Sequence record: ON287372.1
Direction: 5' to 3' (one strand)
DNA: 64,000 nt
Shown here: one piece after another, positions 18,615-28,357 of the stretch
How positions within the stretch are numbered: position 1 is the stretch's first letter
Layout of the letters: the number at the start of each line of letters is the position of its first letter
The notes under the pieces: generated by a model
Seen by the model: the letters and a program-made list of their open reading frames with translations, nothing else
Database searches by the model: none
What the model was told of the DNA's origin: nothing
Position numbers and translations under genes: made by a program

Positions 18615-20807
18615 TTAGTTGAGTTTGTAAGACAGTACGAACTGACCTTCGGTCATCAGGTCTTTGTTAACTTTAACCCAAGTACCGTCCAGTAGATGCA
18701 GTTCTTTTTCCATATCCGGATGAACCATCGCCATCATGTTCAGAGCAGCGTACAGCTTAGGAGAGCTTTCTTTGGATACGGTAGCGGAAGCTACCTTAAT
18801 ACCAGGACGCTTTCTCATGCCCAGATCAGATTGGCAAATTGGCAGAGTCAACACGCCAGAAGTGACTTTGGTTACGATGCAGGAATCCATACCGATAGCT
18901 TCACCGGTAGTAAAGATTTCGAAGCGACGTACGTTACGGGCCAGAGTCTCAGAGAACTTCTCTGCGAATGCCGGACTTACCATCTTGACCAGATCTTGCT
19001 CGATCGTAGGCAGATCGTCTACAGAATCGATGGTCAGGGAGGTACCCATTTCCAGAGTCAGGATTTCGTTTACGACATTAACGATGTGACGTTTAGCGTA
19101 CACGATAACTTCGGATGGCAGCTGAGCCTGACGGTTCTCCAGACTACGAACCATTTGGCTAACAGTTACACTGCTTACTGGAGAGCTGGTGATTACCAGA
19201 CCACGCAGACCACCGATCAGATCTTGAGCATTGACGATGTCGCCTGCATCATGAATGACTTTGAAGTTTTCTGCACGGATGTCCAGGCCGTTCTCACCGA
19301 TTTCTTTACGGGCTTTGAGGATCTCAACGTTCAGGCCATCATGGCCAACACCACGCAGGATCTTACCGACCTTAACGGTTTCATCGATGTTTGGAGTGAA
19401 GTCCGCTTCAACAAACTCCGGCAGCTCTTGTTGCTCTTCTTCCGGCAGATTTTCATTCTCTGCTTTCAGACGAGTAACTTCATCTTCCCACATCTTACGA
19501 GATTCAGCTTCACGACGCTTAGCCTCTTCCAGATTGAAACGAGTAGTTTTACCCGCAGCCAGAAGGATTTCTTCACGCTGAGGATGAACTTTACCAGGGC
19601 CGTTACGAACGCCCAGGATGTCTGGCATGACATGGATTTCTTTACGCACTTTTTCTTTCTCCTCTTCACTCAATTTACGGAAGGTCAGAATACGGTAACC
19701 ATCCTTGTTAACCCCCCACTGAGGAGCAACTTCATCAGCTTCCCAAGAAGCTGCCGCGCCGTTGACGGTGAAACGTGGGCGCTCAGGAACAGCCTCAACA
19801 ACTTCGCTATCATTGAAGTCGTAGCACTTGTTCATGATTTCATACTGAGTCAGAGGACGCTCAGGAGATGGCAGAATATTCCCCTTAGCACTTACGCCCC
19901 ACTGGCCAATATCGTCTGGGACGAAATCTGCATTGTTGGCGCATGGTCCTTCTGGATCAGCAGACCATTGTGGTTTACTGGTGATGTCAGCTGGCGCTAC
20001 GCGTTCGAAAGTCTGCGTATGGTTACGACGTACGCTATCTACCGGACGACGCTCCTGCACTGGCTCACGCTGAGACTGACGAGTTTGACGAGCTTGCTGC
20101 TTCTCTTGGCGCGCCTCTTCCATCAGGCGGCGTTTCTCGAGATGCAGACGAGCCATTGCTTCAGTACCGCTAATAACACCTGCCGGGCTCTCTGGGACGA
20201 ACTCGTTATTATCTAGAGGAGTGCGACCATTACGGGAATCCTGGCGAGTACGGCGATCTTCCCGACGATGGTCTTCACGATCATCGCGGACATCACGCTG
20301 ACTACGGCCACCGGTAGAATAGTCGGAACGGAAGTTATCACGTCGCCCGCCACCGAAACGATCACGGCTACCCATAGAGCTACGGCTGTCGCGACTGAAG
20401 GAGCTTTCACGACGCCCGCCACCACGGCGATCGTAGTCACGATCACGTGAGTTACTACGATCGTTATAGTCCGCCAGATCTTCACCGATTTCCATCGCCT
20501 CTTTTTCCAGGCCGATGACATCGTCCATTTCGTCCTCGTTCAGTTGACGAGTGAGTGAACGATCTTTAGCGATTTGTGCAGCGCCGAAACGAAGAACCAT
20601 ATCGTAGATGATATCGTCGATACGTTTACGGCTACGGGTCAGTTCCATTTCAGTTGCATCAACTACAAAACGGAATGCTTTTTCTGAGAGGCTACCACGG
20701 TAACCTTCACGTCCCATTTCGCTGTCGAGGAAATCGCAGATGAAATTACGACGGGCTTCATTACGGACAACATCGATGGTGATTTCAATAATTTCGCGCT
20801 GGTTCAT
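18615..20807 (-). CDS. Conserved hypothetical protein with RGG/RS-rich disordered region
   Basis: 730 aa; RBS GGAG; residues about 110-200 are R/D/S/G low complexity; co-transcribed with the RNAP subunit. Confidence 0.65.
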   Translation of the reverse strand: MNQREIIEITIDVVRNEARRNFICDFLDSEMGREGYRGSLSEKAFRFVVDATEMELTRSRKRIDDIIYDMVLRFGAAQIAKDRSLTRQLNEDEMDDVIGLEKEAMEIGEDLADYNDRSNSRDRDYDRRGGGRRESSFSRDSRSSMGSRDRFGGGRRDNFRSDYSTGGRSQRDVRDDREDHRREDRRTRQDSRNGRTPLDNNEFVPESPAGVISGTEAMARLHLEKRRLMEEARQEKQQARQTRQSQREPVQERRPVDSVRRNHTQTFERVAPADITSKPQWSADPEGPCANNADFVPDDIGQWGVSAKGNILPSPERPLTQYEIMNKCYDFNDSEVVEAVPERPRFTVNGAAASWEADEVAPQWGVNKDGYRILTFRKLSEEEKEKVRKEIHVMPDILGVRNGPGKVHPQREEILLAAGKTTRFNLEEAKRREAESRKMWEDEVTRLKAENENLPEEEQQELPEFVEADFTPNIDETVKVGKILRGVGHDGLNVEILKARKEIGENGLDIRAENFKVIHDAGDIVNAQDLIGGLRGLVITSSPVSSVTVSQMVRSLENRQAQLPSEVIVYAKRHIVNVVNEILTLEMGTSLTIDSVDDLPTIEQDLVKMVSPAFAEKFSETLARNVRRFEIFTTGEAIGMDSCIVTKVTSGVLTLPICQSDLGMRKRPGIKVASATVSKESSPKLYAALNMMAMVHPDMEKELHLLDGTWVKVNKDLMTEGQFVLSYKLN

Positions 20808-20839
20808 TTTACTACTCCTAACAAGACTTAAGATTTAAA

Positions 20840-22459
20840 TTAGTATTTCGAAATTTCTTTCTGGGCTTCGTCGAGAATGTCAACCAGATCTGGGTTACGG
20901 ACGATACGCCCATTTTTGTCGATATGGATAAACATGTTGAGACGACTACGGCCATCAGGAGAACCTTTCGCAAAGTTACAGGCAGAGCCAGCTTCAGCAA
21001 TCGAACTATGGAGCTGATACGCCAGTTCATTCGGTTTGAAGCTTTTGGTCTTACCTTTACCTGTTACTGCGTTCATCTGTCGGATAGAGACGCAGGTATG
21101 TTTGAAGATCATGCAATCACCAGGATATTGGACGGAACCCAATTCCCCGTGCTTGCTTTGGATACTCAAGAAAGCATCCGGTGTAATCATTCGAGACAGC
21201 GTCCAACGCAGACGACGGAACGTCAGCGAATCACGCTCTTTCTCTAACTGCCAGGTGAAGTTAAAGATCGCTTCAGTAATCCCAGACAGCGCATACCGTT
21301 TAACCAGCAGATGCTTACCCCACATGCGACCGGAGTTGTCATTAACGATACGGTCGGTAATCGTATCGAGAACGTGGACGAAGAGGTCATAGAGGTTATC
21401 CACATGGATCCCTTCCATTTCCAGATGACGTTTTGTTTCATGATCGACGTAACGGTCGAGTGAATTCAGGTGCTTATCGATTTCGTTAAGCAGCTTCCCT
21501 TCATTCTCTTTGGCGCGGTGTAAGATATACCCCATTGCGATGCGCCAGGTGCCATCTTGATCGATGTGTTCCAAAGTGAAGCGACTTGGGAATTGATCGA
21601 TTACGTAGAAGAAATGCGTAGCCAGGAGAGATACACCTGGATGCACTTCAGCTTTGTCCCGTGGTACAATGAGTACGAGATTAGTCGGAGTCCAATCCGA
21701 CTGTTCGCGGCGTCGTTTTTCGAGAGGCGGCAAACCCATAGTCGTAAACATGACATAGTCCTCTACCGGATAGATTTCCGATAGGCCTGGACGATTCTCT
21801 TCGATAATGACATCAGTGTCATAATACCGTTTGAATGTCTCAGTAACACCGTACTTGCAAAACAGGTAATGGCCAATAGTAGATTCTACTTTGTTGGCCT
21901 TGCGGGAATCCGCAACACTCTCTTTGCTCTGGTAAATATTACCGGCTACCACGAAGTGAGTAATAGACTCACCATCCTTCAGGATACCATAGTTGGTACG
22001 GGTAAGGGTAAATTTAGCTCTCAACAACATCGTGAACAAACCGAGGTCGGAGACGCTGAATACCAGGTCGGCTAGGATTGGGTGAATAGTTTGGCGGCTA
22101 CCTCTTAAGAAGAGCGTACCACCTTCACCGGGGCGCATAAATGGCAGGTTGATATTACGAGTTACCTTCACACCGTCAAAGTCGAAGATAGCCTCACACA
22201 TGTAGACATCAGTTTGAGAGATGTCGCGTTCAGGGATACGCTCGCTGGTGCGTTCAATTTCACGTTGTTCCTCTTCAGGCGTTAATTGACGCAACCCCAC
22301 AAATTTAAAGACCGATGGGAAATCAGCTGACGCACATTGGAATATACGTTCGATATAATCCTCGGCGTCATCTAGATCTTTAACCGAATAACCCTTAGCA
22401 ATCTCAGGGTTGAACTTCGGTAAATCTGCGATGATATCTTGATACAAGCGGTTATCCAC
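20840..22459 (-). CDS. Non-virion RNA polymerase beta-like N-terminal subunit (phiKZ gp123-like)
   Basis: 539 aa; beta-like segments (LPFM...LFLRGSR, GSVQYPG, GSPDGRSRLN); position downstream of the MCP matches phiKZ/SPN3US. Confidence 0.75.
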   Translation of the reverse strand: MDNRLYQDIIADLPKFNPEIAKGYSVKDLDDAEDYIERIFQCASADFPSVFKFVGLRQLTPEEEQREIERTSERIPERDISQTDVYMCEAIFDFDGVKVTRNINLPFMRPGEGGTLFLRGSRQTIHPILADLVFSVSDLGLFTMLLRAKFTLTRTNYGILKDGESITHFVVAGNIYQSKESVADSRKANKVESTIGHYLFCKYGVTETFKRYYDTDVIIEENRPGLSEIYPVEDYVMFTTMGLPPLEKRRREQSDWTPTNLVLIVPRDKAEVHPGVSLLATHFFYVIDQFPSRFTLEHIDQDGTWRIAMGYILHRAKENEGKLLNEIDKHLNSLDRYVDHETKRHLEMEGIHVDNLYDLFVHVLDTITDRIVNDNSGRMWGKHLLVKRYALSGITEAIFNFTWQLEKERDSLTFRRLRWTLSRMITPDAFLSIQSKHGELGSVQYPGDCMIFKHTCVSIRQMNAVTGKGKTKSFKPNELAYQLHSSIAEAGSACNFAKGSPDGRSRLNMFIHIDKNGRIVRNPDLVDILDEAQKEISKY

Positions 22460-22475
22460 AATGACTACTCCACGG

Positions 22476-23513
22476 TTAGATCAAAGCTGCGATTGCAGCT
22501 GATCGCTTAAAGATTCCGAATAATTTGGAACCCCAGCTGAGCACAATAGGCAAGGTCGTCTTAACGACCTCGTTAAAGATCTTAAGAATACCATGACCGA
22601 ACTTGAGCTTCTCTTCCCGATCAGTAGTACGCTTCTCTTCCTTCTGCTTTTGCTTTTCTTTTACCACGGCATCCTTAATCTGTTTAAGTTCATTTTCAGG
22701 AGAGGCTTTCGCTTCTTCTAAAGAGGTGAAGATTTTAATTCCGATTGGATTATCTCCTGATAGTCCGTCATCCAGGCTGAAAGTATACACAGCTTCTCTT
22801 TCTGCGATGTAACTGTCATTAATTCGATTCCACGCTGCTAACGCGATCTCCTCGTTATAACCCGGCGTACGATCTATATCGATTTCAAATACCTCACTCC
22901 CAATGCGATAGAAGGCTTTATCGATGCGGTGATTAGGGTCATTCAATGACACCATCAGTCCACTGCTCTTACAACCATTCTCAGGGATCATTGCCGGATG
23001 ATGTTTATCCAACAACTCACGAGTTTTCGTGCTCTTCTTCGCCAAAGCTCCGCAATAGATATCAATACCCCATTCTGGGATAACCAAATGGTCACCCAAC
23101 TCTTTTATTTTAGACTCGTCAAAGACAGCTAAAACCCGATAAATCATTTGGTTCCTGTTAAATGACCCGGACTCGGATTGAGTATTGAAAAGAGCTTTGT
23201 CCTTATAACGCTCCACGACATCGTGGATGTATGTTTCAGAATAATCCTCGTCAGCGTTAATTTTAACGCTTTCGCGATTATGCGTAAAAGTTATCGAAAG
23301 AATAAGACATGTACCTACCTTATTCGAGTTCTTGTTCTGGAGTACATGCCGAACTCCTTCGCCCTCTCTAACTGATACAGGTTCACTAAGGCAATTAGTG
23401 ATCTGAACGTTGATCGAAATTTGAGGGTTCTTCATTTCTTCGGTAGCTGCAGATAGTCTACTGCCATTAAGAGTACCGATTACTGCTCCCGATTTTTTAT
23501 TGCTCTTACTCAC
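22476..23513 (-). CDS. Hypothetical early protein with C-terminal amphipathic helix
   Basis: GTG start with GGGG RBS; first gene after the TATATTAC promoter; ends GILKIFNEVVKTTLPIVLSWGSKLFGIFKRSAAIAALI. Confidence 0.6.
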   Translation of the reverse strand: MSKSNKKSGAVIGTLNGSRLSAATEEMKNPQISINVQITNCLSEPVSVREGEGVRHVLQNKNSNKVGTCLILSITFTHNRESVKINADEDYSETYIHDVVERYKDKALFNTQSESGSFNRNQMIYRVLAVFDESKIKELGDHLVIPEWGIDIYCGALAKKSTKTRELLDKHHPAMIPENGCKSSGLMVSLNDPNHRIDKAFYRIGSEVFEIDIDRTPGYNEEIALAAWNRINDSYIAEREAVYTFSLDDGLSGDNPIGIKIFTSLEEAKASPENELKQIKDAVVKEKQKQKEEKRTTDREEKLKFGHGILKIFNEVVKTTLPIVLSWGSKLFGIFKRSAAIAALI

Positions 23514-23595
23514 GGTATCACTACCCCCAAGAATTTGTTAAAACAGATCTGTTATAACTTTGTTATAGATCGCGACTCCATAACACTCCAAAGTA

Positions 23596-23603
23596 GTAAT
23601 ATA
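23596..23603 (-). promoter_or_regulatory. phiKZ-type early promoter core TATATTAC
   Basis: Exact match to the phiKZ early consensus, in AT-rich intergenic DNA upstream of the nvRNAP operon. Confidence 0.65.
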
Positions 23604-23643
23604 TACATGAATTTAGGTTCATTCAGCAATAGGGCAAAATAGA

Positions 23644-23665
23644 CCGGGGACCCGAAGGTCCCCGG
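23644..23665 (-). terminator. Strong terminator of the MCP transcript
   Basis: CCGGGGACC-TTCG-GGTCCCCGG followed by TCTATTTT on the minus strand. Confidence 0.85.
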
Positions 23666-23681
23666 CTTATTGGCTTGTGGC

Positions 23682-23732
23682 CTAGGCAGGATCGAACCCG
23701 CTTAGAGGGTTCTCAAACGCCTCTTCAAGAGC
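23682..23732 (-). other. In-frame UGA-readthrough extension of the MCP (ALEEAFENPLSGFDPA-TAG)
   Basis: Translated by hand from 23732 downward; carries the L-x-G-F-D motif shared with other virion proteins. Confidence 0.6.
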
Positions 23733-26030
23733 TCAACCGCCAGTAGGAGGAGTAACTTCACCCTTGAACTCCGCGGCGTTGGTGACTTTAACGTCGTTCG
23801 CCTGAGAGGTGCGTTTCGCGATCGCTTCTTCCAGGTTCACCACGCGGATGCTCAGCATGATTGGCAGGAAGTTGAAGTAACGGTAACGCGGGGTCAGACG
23901 GATTTCGTTACCGATGCGTTGGTTACGAATCATCTGGAAGTTAACCAGGTACTCTGGGATCAGACCCAGCACACCGTGTTGCAGTGGGTGCGGTTCATCA
24001 ACGTTCGGCAGCACGAAGGTCATGATGATCTGATCTTTCATGCGCAGGTCGGAGATGCGAGCGATGGTGTAGTCGTAACCAATACCAACGGTACGGTCGT
24101 CGCCAGGAATCTGCAGGTACTGAGGCAGACGCATGTCGGTACCGATAGCTACGTGCGGCTTAGGAGTACGGCCTGGGAAGGCAGCTTCCAGAGCAGCGGT
24201 GTAACCAGTCAGCTGGTCAGCGGTGTAAACCATTTCGTTGATCTTGCTAACCAACAGACCCTGGATGTCAGTCTGCTTAGCAGCTGAGGTCAGGTTGTTC
24301 AGGTCTTTCAGCAGGTCAACTTCGGCTTCCATGTAGTATGGACGCACGTAGTACTGACCGACGCCTTCCAGGCCTTGGTTAGATTCGATCGGGTGCGGTA
24401 CGCCAACGCCCAGGTAGGCTTTCAGAGTATCGCGACGGTTCAGCAGGGTGGTAACTGCGGCGTTACGCATCTGTACACGGTAAGCCGTGGTCAGAGCTTC
24501 GATACGCGGGTACACTTTCTCTTCGTCTTGCAGAGCTGGTTTGATGATAACCAGCGGCGGCAGAGTTGGGATCATGAAGCCGTGTTTCATCACGTCGGAG
24601 TCGATTGCCAGGCCCAGTTCCAGTTGGTTGATGTTGGTCAGACGAGCTTCCAGGCTGTAGCCTGCTGCTTCGAAAGTCAGACCAGCGATCAGTGCTGCGA
24701 TACGAGCGTCAGACAGAGCGATTTCCACGCCGTCTTTGTCGAATGCTTTGCTGATTGCCAGAGGACGGATGGCGGTTTCGCCGGAACCGGTTTCAACGTT
24801 GATTTCGCCGTCAACTTTAACGGACAGTTCCAGGCTATAGCCGGCGTCCAGCAGAGCTTTCAGGTTGGCAGATTCTGCCTGGTCAACGGTTTTGGTTTCT
24901 GCGTTCACTGCCAGAGTGGAGTGGAACTTCAGCTGCATCTGACGGAAGTTGTATTCGCGGGTAGCAGTATACGCTGCGTACTGGTCGCGGTTCACTTCGA
25001 AGTTAACTTGCTCTTTAACGCCGCCTTTAGCAACGGTAACCAGCAGGTCTTTCAGGGCAATACGGCTGTCCAGGGAGTCAGTGAAGGTTGGAGAACCTTT
25101 CTGCAGACGGCTTGGAGTTTGCGCCAGCATTGGCAGGTTGAAGTCAACGCCGAATTTCAGGTAGTTGGTTTCGAACTCTTCGTTCGCCTGAACCACTTTG
25201 CGCGGAGCAACGATAGCTGGATCGATGAACTGGTCATCGTTTTCGCCGGCGTGTACGCATGGGATCAGCTCAGTGGAATTGCTTTCCAGAACGGTGTAGT
25301 CCAGCAGGCCCTGCAGAACGTTGCGTTTCGGGAACTTCACTGCGTCGCCTTTCAGGCCGGAACCCTGGTAGGTTTCCCAAACCATGTTACGGCGGATCGA
25401 CATCACGAAACCAGCTTGGTCCGGAGTGATGATTTGGGTACGGTAGAACAGCTCAGCGAATGGGTGCTGTTTAGCAGCCATCATGTTGATCGCGTAGCTG
25501 TGCTCACGCCATTTTTCAGTTTCTTTCTCATCGAAAGATTCGATAGAAGGACGGCTCGCTTCTGGCAGGGTAACGATAGAACCGTTCGCGCCGGAAGAAA
25601 CCATGTTGTGGATTACTACGCCGCTTTCGAACGAAGGGTTCGAATAACCGTCGCGGTAATACGCGGCTGGGTTTTTGTAGGACATTGCCAGAACGGCCGC
25701 AGCTTCAACAGCAACTTTGTTGCCGTGCTCTTCGATGAACTCACCGCCTTCAACGATTGCGCTGTCAGCAACGCCGCCTTCCAGTTCGCTAACTGCGCCA
25801 GCAGCGTCAGCCTGAACTTCGGTCAGATCTTGGGTCAGGTTTTCCAGGGTGGTTTCAACGTCGGAGGCGTTAACGCCCAGCTCGCTGTAGCTTTCCAGGG
25901 ATACGGACATCACGCCAGCTTGTGCGCCTTCGCCCAGGCCGTTAATGTTGCGCTTTACAACACCGTCAATTTTCTCAACCAGAGTTTTGACGATATTACC
26001 GCGCAGTGCGCTTTTCAGTGGTCTTGCCAT
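23733..26030 (-). CDS. Major capsid protein precursor (phiKZ gp120-like)
   Basis: 765 aa; extreme codon bias; acidic propeptide with VSLE/S, PSFE/S, PSIE/S sites; own TATG promoters and terminator; next to the DnaB gene. Confidence 0.88.
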   Translation of the reverse strand: MARPLKSALRGNIVKTLVEKIDGVVKRNINGLGEGAQAGVMSVSLESYSELGVNASDVETTLENLTQDLTEVQADAAGAVSELEGGVADSAIVEGGEFIEEHGNKVAVEAAAVLAMSYKNPAAYYRDGYSNPSFESGVVIHNMVSSGANGSIVTLPEASRPSIESFDEKETEKWREHSYAINMMAAKQHPFAELFYRTQIITPDQAGFVMSIRRNMVWETYQGSGLKGDAVKFPKRNVLQGLLDYTVLESNSTELIPCVHAGENDDQFIDPAIVAPRKVVQANEEFETNYLKFGVDFNLPMLAQTPSRLQKGSPTFTDSLDSRIALKDLLVTVAKGGVKEQVNFEVNRDQYAAYTATREYNFRQMQLKFHSTLAVNAETKTVDQAESANLKALLDAGYSLELSVKVDGEINVETGSGETAIRPLAISKAFDKDGVEIALSDARIAALIAGLTFEAAGYSLEARLTNINQLELGLAIDSDVMKHGFMIPTLPPLVIIKPALQDEEKVYPRIEALTTAYRVQMRNAAVTTLLNRRDTLKAYLGVGVPHPIESNQGLEGVGQYYVRPYYMEAEVDLLKDLNNLTSAAKQTDIQGLLVSKINEMVYTADQLTGYTAALEAAFPGRTPKPHVAIGTDMRLPQYLQIPGDDRTVGIGYDYTIARISDLRMKDQIIMTFVLPNVDEPHPLQHGVLGLIPEYLVNFQMIRNQRIGNEIRLTPRYRYFNFLPIMLSIRVVNLEEAIAKRTSQANDVKVTNAAEFKGEVTPPTGG

Positions 26031-26101
26031 TGTGGTTCTTTCCTTTAAATAACGTTATTTAGGAACTGAATTGATTAACAGCACAGTATATGCACTTTTT
26101 A

Positions 26102-26130
26102 CATAACAATGCTGTAATAGCAGTTACATA
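26102..26130 (-). promoter_or_regulatory. Two late-promoter TATG cores upstream of the MCP
   Basis: TATG at 26130-26127 and 26105-26102 on the minus strand; phiKZ nvRNAP late consensus is TATG. Confidence 0.5.
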
Positions 26131-26149
26131 CTATTTAAGAATGTACGGA

Positions 26150-26716
26150 TCAGTACTTGCTGATCGCGTGCTTTAAATATTGACGGAAGAAGTTGTAGTG
26201 ACGGAAGTCCGGGTACGTAACAGCTCCGGCAATAGCTTCAACTACTGCATTCAGGAAAGCGCGTTTATCTTCATAAACGGCGGATTTGCTCCCTATAAGA
26301 AGTAAAGTGTCAGTTCCCAGCATCATTGGGGAATAGAACTCTTTGCTCAGGATAGCGTCCTGGTTCTCAGAAACACCCAAGAGATCTTTACCTTTTGATA
26401 ATTGATCTTTCAACAGGGTTTCTTTTTCTACAGCCAACAGGCGCTCAGCGTGGTCGCTGATGAACGCACTGTTTTCCATAGTATTACAGAGTGCAGTGGT
26501 GTCAGAAAAAACATCTTCGGCGAATGTATTGAGATAGCGTTGCGTTAACGCATAAATTAATACTTCGTCCTGCGATAGTATAGAACTCTTCTTGTCAGCC
26601 AGTTCCGAGAAAACTAAAAGATCAGAAAACTCCAGATCAGGCGACATTGAAACAATTTCCGCGAGCCACGAAGGTACAATACCTACTCGCAGCCGACTCA
26701 CAGAATCGATACGCAT
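26150..26716 (-). CDS. Conserved virion protein (phiKZ gp119-like position)
   Basis: Start reassigned to ATG 26716 (RBS GGAGG); TATG at 26750-26747. Confidence 0.6.
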   Translation of the reverse strand: MRIDSVSRLRVGIVPSWLAEIVSMSPDLEFSDLLVFSELADKKSSILSQDEVLIYALTQRYLNTFAEDVFSDTTALCNTMENSAFISDHAERLLAVEKETLLKDQLSKGKDLLGVSENQDAILSKEFYSPMMLGTDTLLLIGSKSAVYEDKRAFLNAVVEAIAGAVTYPDFRHYNFFRQYLKHAISKY

Positions 26717-26770
26717 AAATTCCTCCGATGGTAATGGATGCGTGCACATAGTAAGACTATAGAGGACCTA

Positions 26771-28330
26771 ATGAATTACCGACTGCTTATCGTAAATGCT
26801 CTGATGTTGATGTACTGGGAAACTCAAGCTTCGGCTGGTAGTGATAGTAAGAGTTTGGTAAAGCGAGTCCTCAAGGATGTTAAAGTAGAGAAGGGTGTAT
26901 CCGATACTGAGCAGACGATTGAGATCTTTAACTCGCTGAAAACGCTGATTCTGAAAATGACAGCGAACCCGTCCTTGGCTCAGAGTAAAGAATTGATTTC
27001 TCAGAACGTTCGCATCTTAGCTGCAGAAGAACCTTCTATCATAGACATGATAGAGCAGGGCCTGCACGCTAAGATGGATGAGGAAGCCATCAAGCGTCAT
27101 TGCCGTACTCTGATCATGGATCTGAATGAGTTCGCTCGTAAAGCTGAATTCAAAGTTAAGCTGGCTGATTACAGCAAAAAGATTCTTTACGGGGATGGTG
27201 AGTTCGAGCTGAATGAAATTGCTCGCGCGATGGTTAACCACTTCGAGTATTACGCCATGGAGAAAAATGATTCTCCGCAGAATGCTCCGGGCGTAATGGA
27301 CTTCGTTGACTTTACTAATGTAGAGTCAGTGAAGGCGATGTTCGAGAAAGCTAAGAAGCAAGTATCGAAAGAAGAGATTATTAAATTCGGTCTGCAAGGT
27401 TTGAACCGCATGTTCGGTGAGCAGGGCGGTGGTCGTCGCGGTGAGGCTGTTTTGGTCGGTGGCTTACAACACCACTTTAAATCTGGCTTGACTATGATGA
27501 TGACCAAAGGGGCTGCGCTGTACAACAAACCTAAGCTACAAGACCCGAATAAGAAACCCGCTATCGTCCTCATCTCTTCTGAGAACGACCTTCCGATTAA
27601 CATCCGTACCATGTACAAGCAATGTATCGAACCGACTCTGGGTCGTCCGATTGCATTGAAGGATATTAATCCGAATGATGCTGCTCAGTATATGCACGAT
27701 AAGTTTGCCGAGAACGGTTGGCACTTCTTGATGTTCCGTATTAACCCAGATGAGTTTACCTTTGACTCACTCCAGTCTCTGTTCTTAGGTCTGGAAGCTG
27801 ATGGCTATGAAATCATCGTTTGTACTTTCGACTACTTGGCAATGATGTCAACGAAAGGTTTTGATAACGGTGGTATTACTGGGCGTGATAAGCAAGCGTT
27901 GTTCAAACGTACCCGTAACTTCATGGTACTTCACAACGTTCTGTTCATTACTCCTCATCAGTTGTCTACGGAAGCATTGGCAATCGAACGTGATCGTCCT
28001 AATCAGTTCCTGAATGAAATCCTGAACCGTGCGTATTACAACGAATGTAAAACCATCGCTCAGGAAGTTGACATGGAGATTAACATTCAGAAGCAGATCG
28101 TTGATGGTGTTGCGTACCTTAACCTGGGTCGTGGTAAACACCGTGGTGTAGATAACACGCCACTGGATCATCAGCGTTGTACTTATCGCTTTACTGACAT
28201 TGGTATTCCGGATGACATTGATGGAGAAGATCTGTCAATGAAGAAACCGGGTGCACAAACAGCCAGTGAAGGTGGTGGTGCTGGTTGGCATCAATCCTTC
28301 GAAGATATCAACGACTTCCAACAACACTAA
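26771..28330 (+). CDS. dnaB: DnaB-like replicative helicase (phiKZ gp118-like)
   Basis: Variant Walker A VGGLQHHFKS, ISSEN, Walker B FDYL, TPHQL, RGKHR; start at ATG 26771 (RBS GAGG). Confidence 0.85.
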   Translation: MNYRLLIVNALMLMYWETQASAGSDSKSLVKRVLKDVKVEKGVSDTEQTIEIFNSLKTLILKMTANPSLAQSKELISQNVRILAAEEPSIIDMIEQGLHAKMDEEAIKRHCRTLIMDLNEFARKAEFKVKLADYSKKILYGDGEFELNEIARAMVNHFEYYAMEKNDSPQNAPGVMDFVDFTNVESVKAMFEKAKKQVSKEEIIKFGLQGLNRMFGEQGGGRRGEAVLVGGLQHHFKSGLTMMMTKGAALYNKPKLQDPNKKPAIVLISSENDLPINIRTMYKQCIEPTLGRPIALKDINPNDAAQYMHDKFAENGWHFLMFRINPDEFTFDSLQSLFLGLEADGYEIIVCTFDYLAMMSTKGFDNGGITGRDKQALFKRTRNFMVLHNVLFITPHQLSTEALAIERDRPNQFLNEILNRAYYNECKTIAQEVDMEINIQKQIVDGVAYLNLGRGKHRGVDNTPLDHQRCTYRFTDIGIPDDIDGEDLSMKKPGAQTASEGGGAGWHQSFEDINDFQQH

Positions 28331-28357
28331 AAAAGAAAAGCGTGACTGCGGTCACAG

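Noticed and set aside
23686-23703. tRNA T-loop-like GCGGGTTCGATCCTGC downstream of the MCP
   Set aside because: The loop is 6 nt and there are no acceptor, D or anticodon arms. The sequence is better explained as the S-G-F-D-P codons of the readthrough extension.
24375-26048. 557-aa antisense ORF opposite the MCP (also 1485..2483, 16493..17281, 18696..20216, 35705..36730, 43415..44317, 54128..54868)
   Set aside because: These are shadow ORFs expected from strong codon bias of the sense genes. They lack an RBS and their translations are not protein-like.
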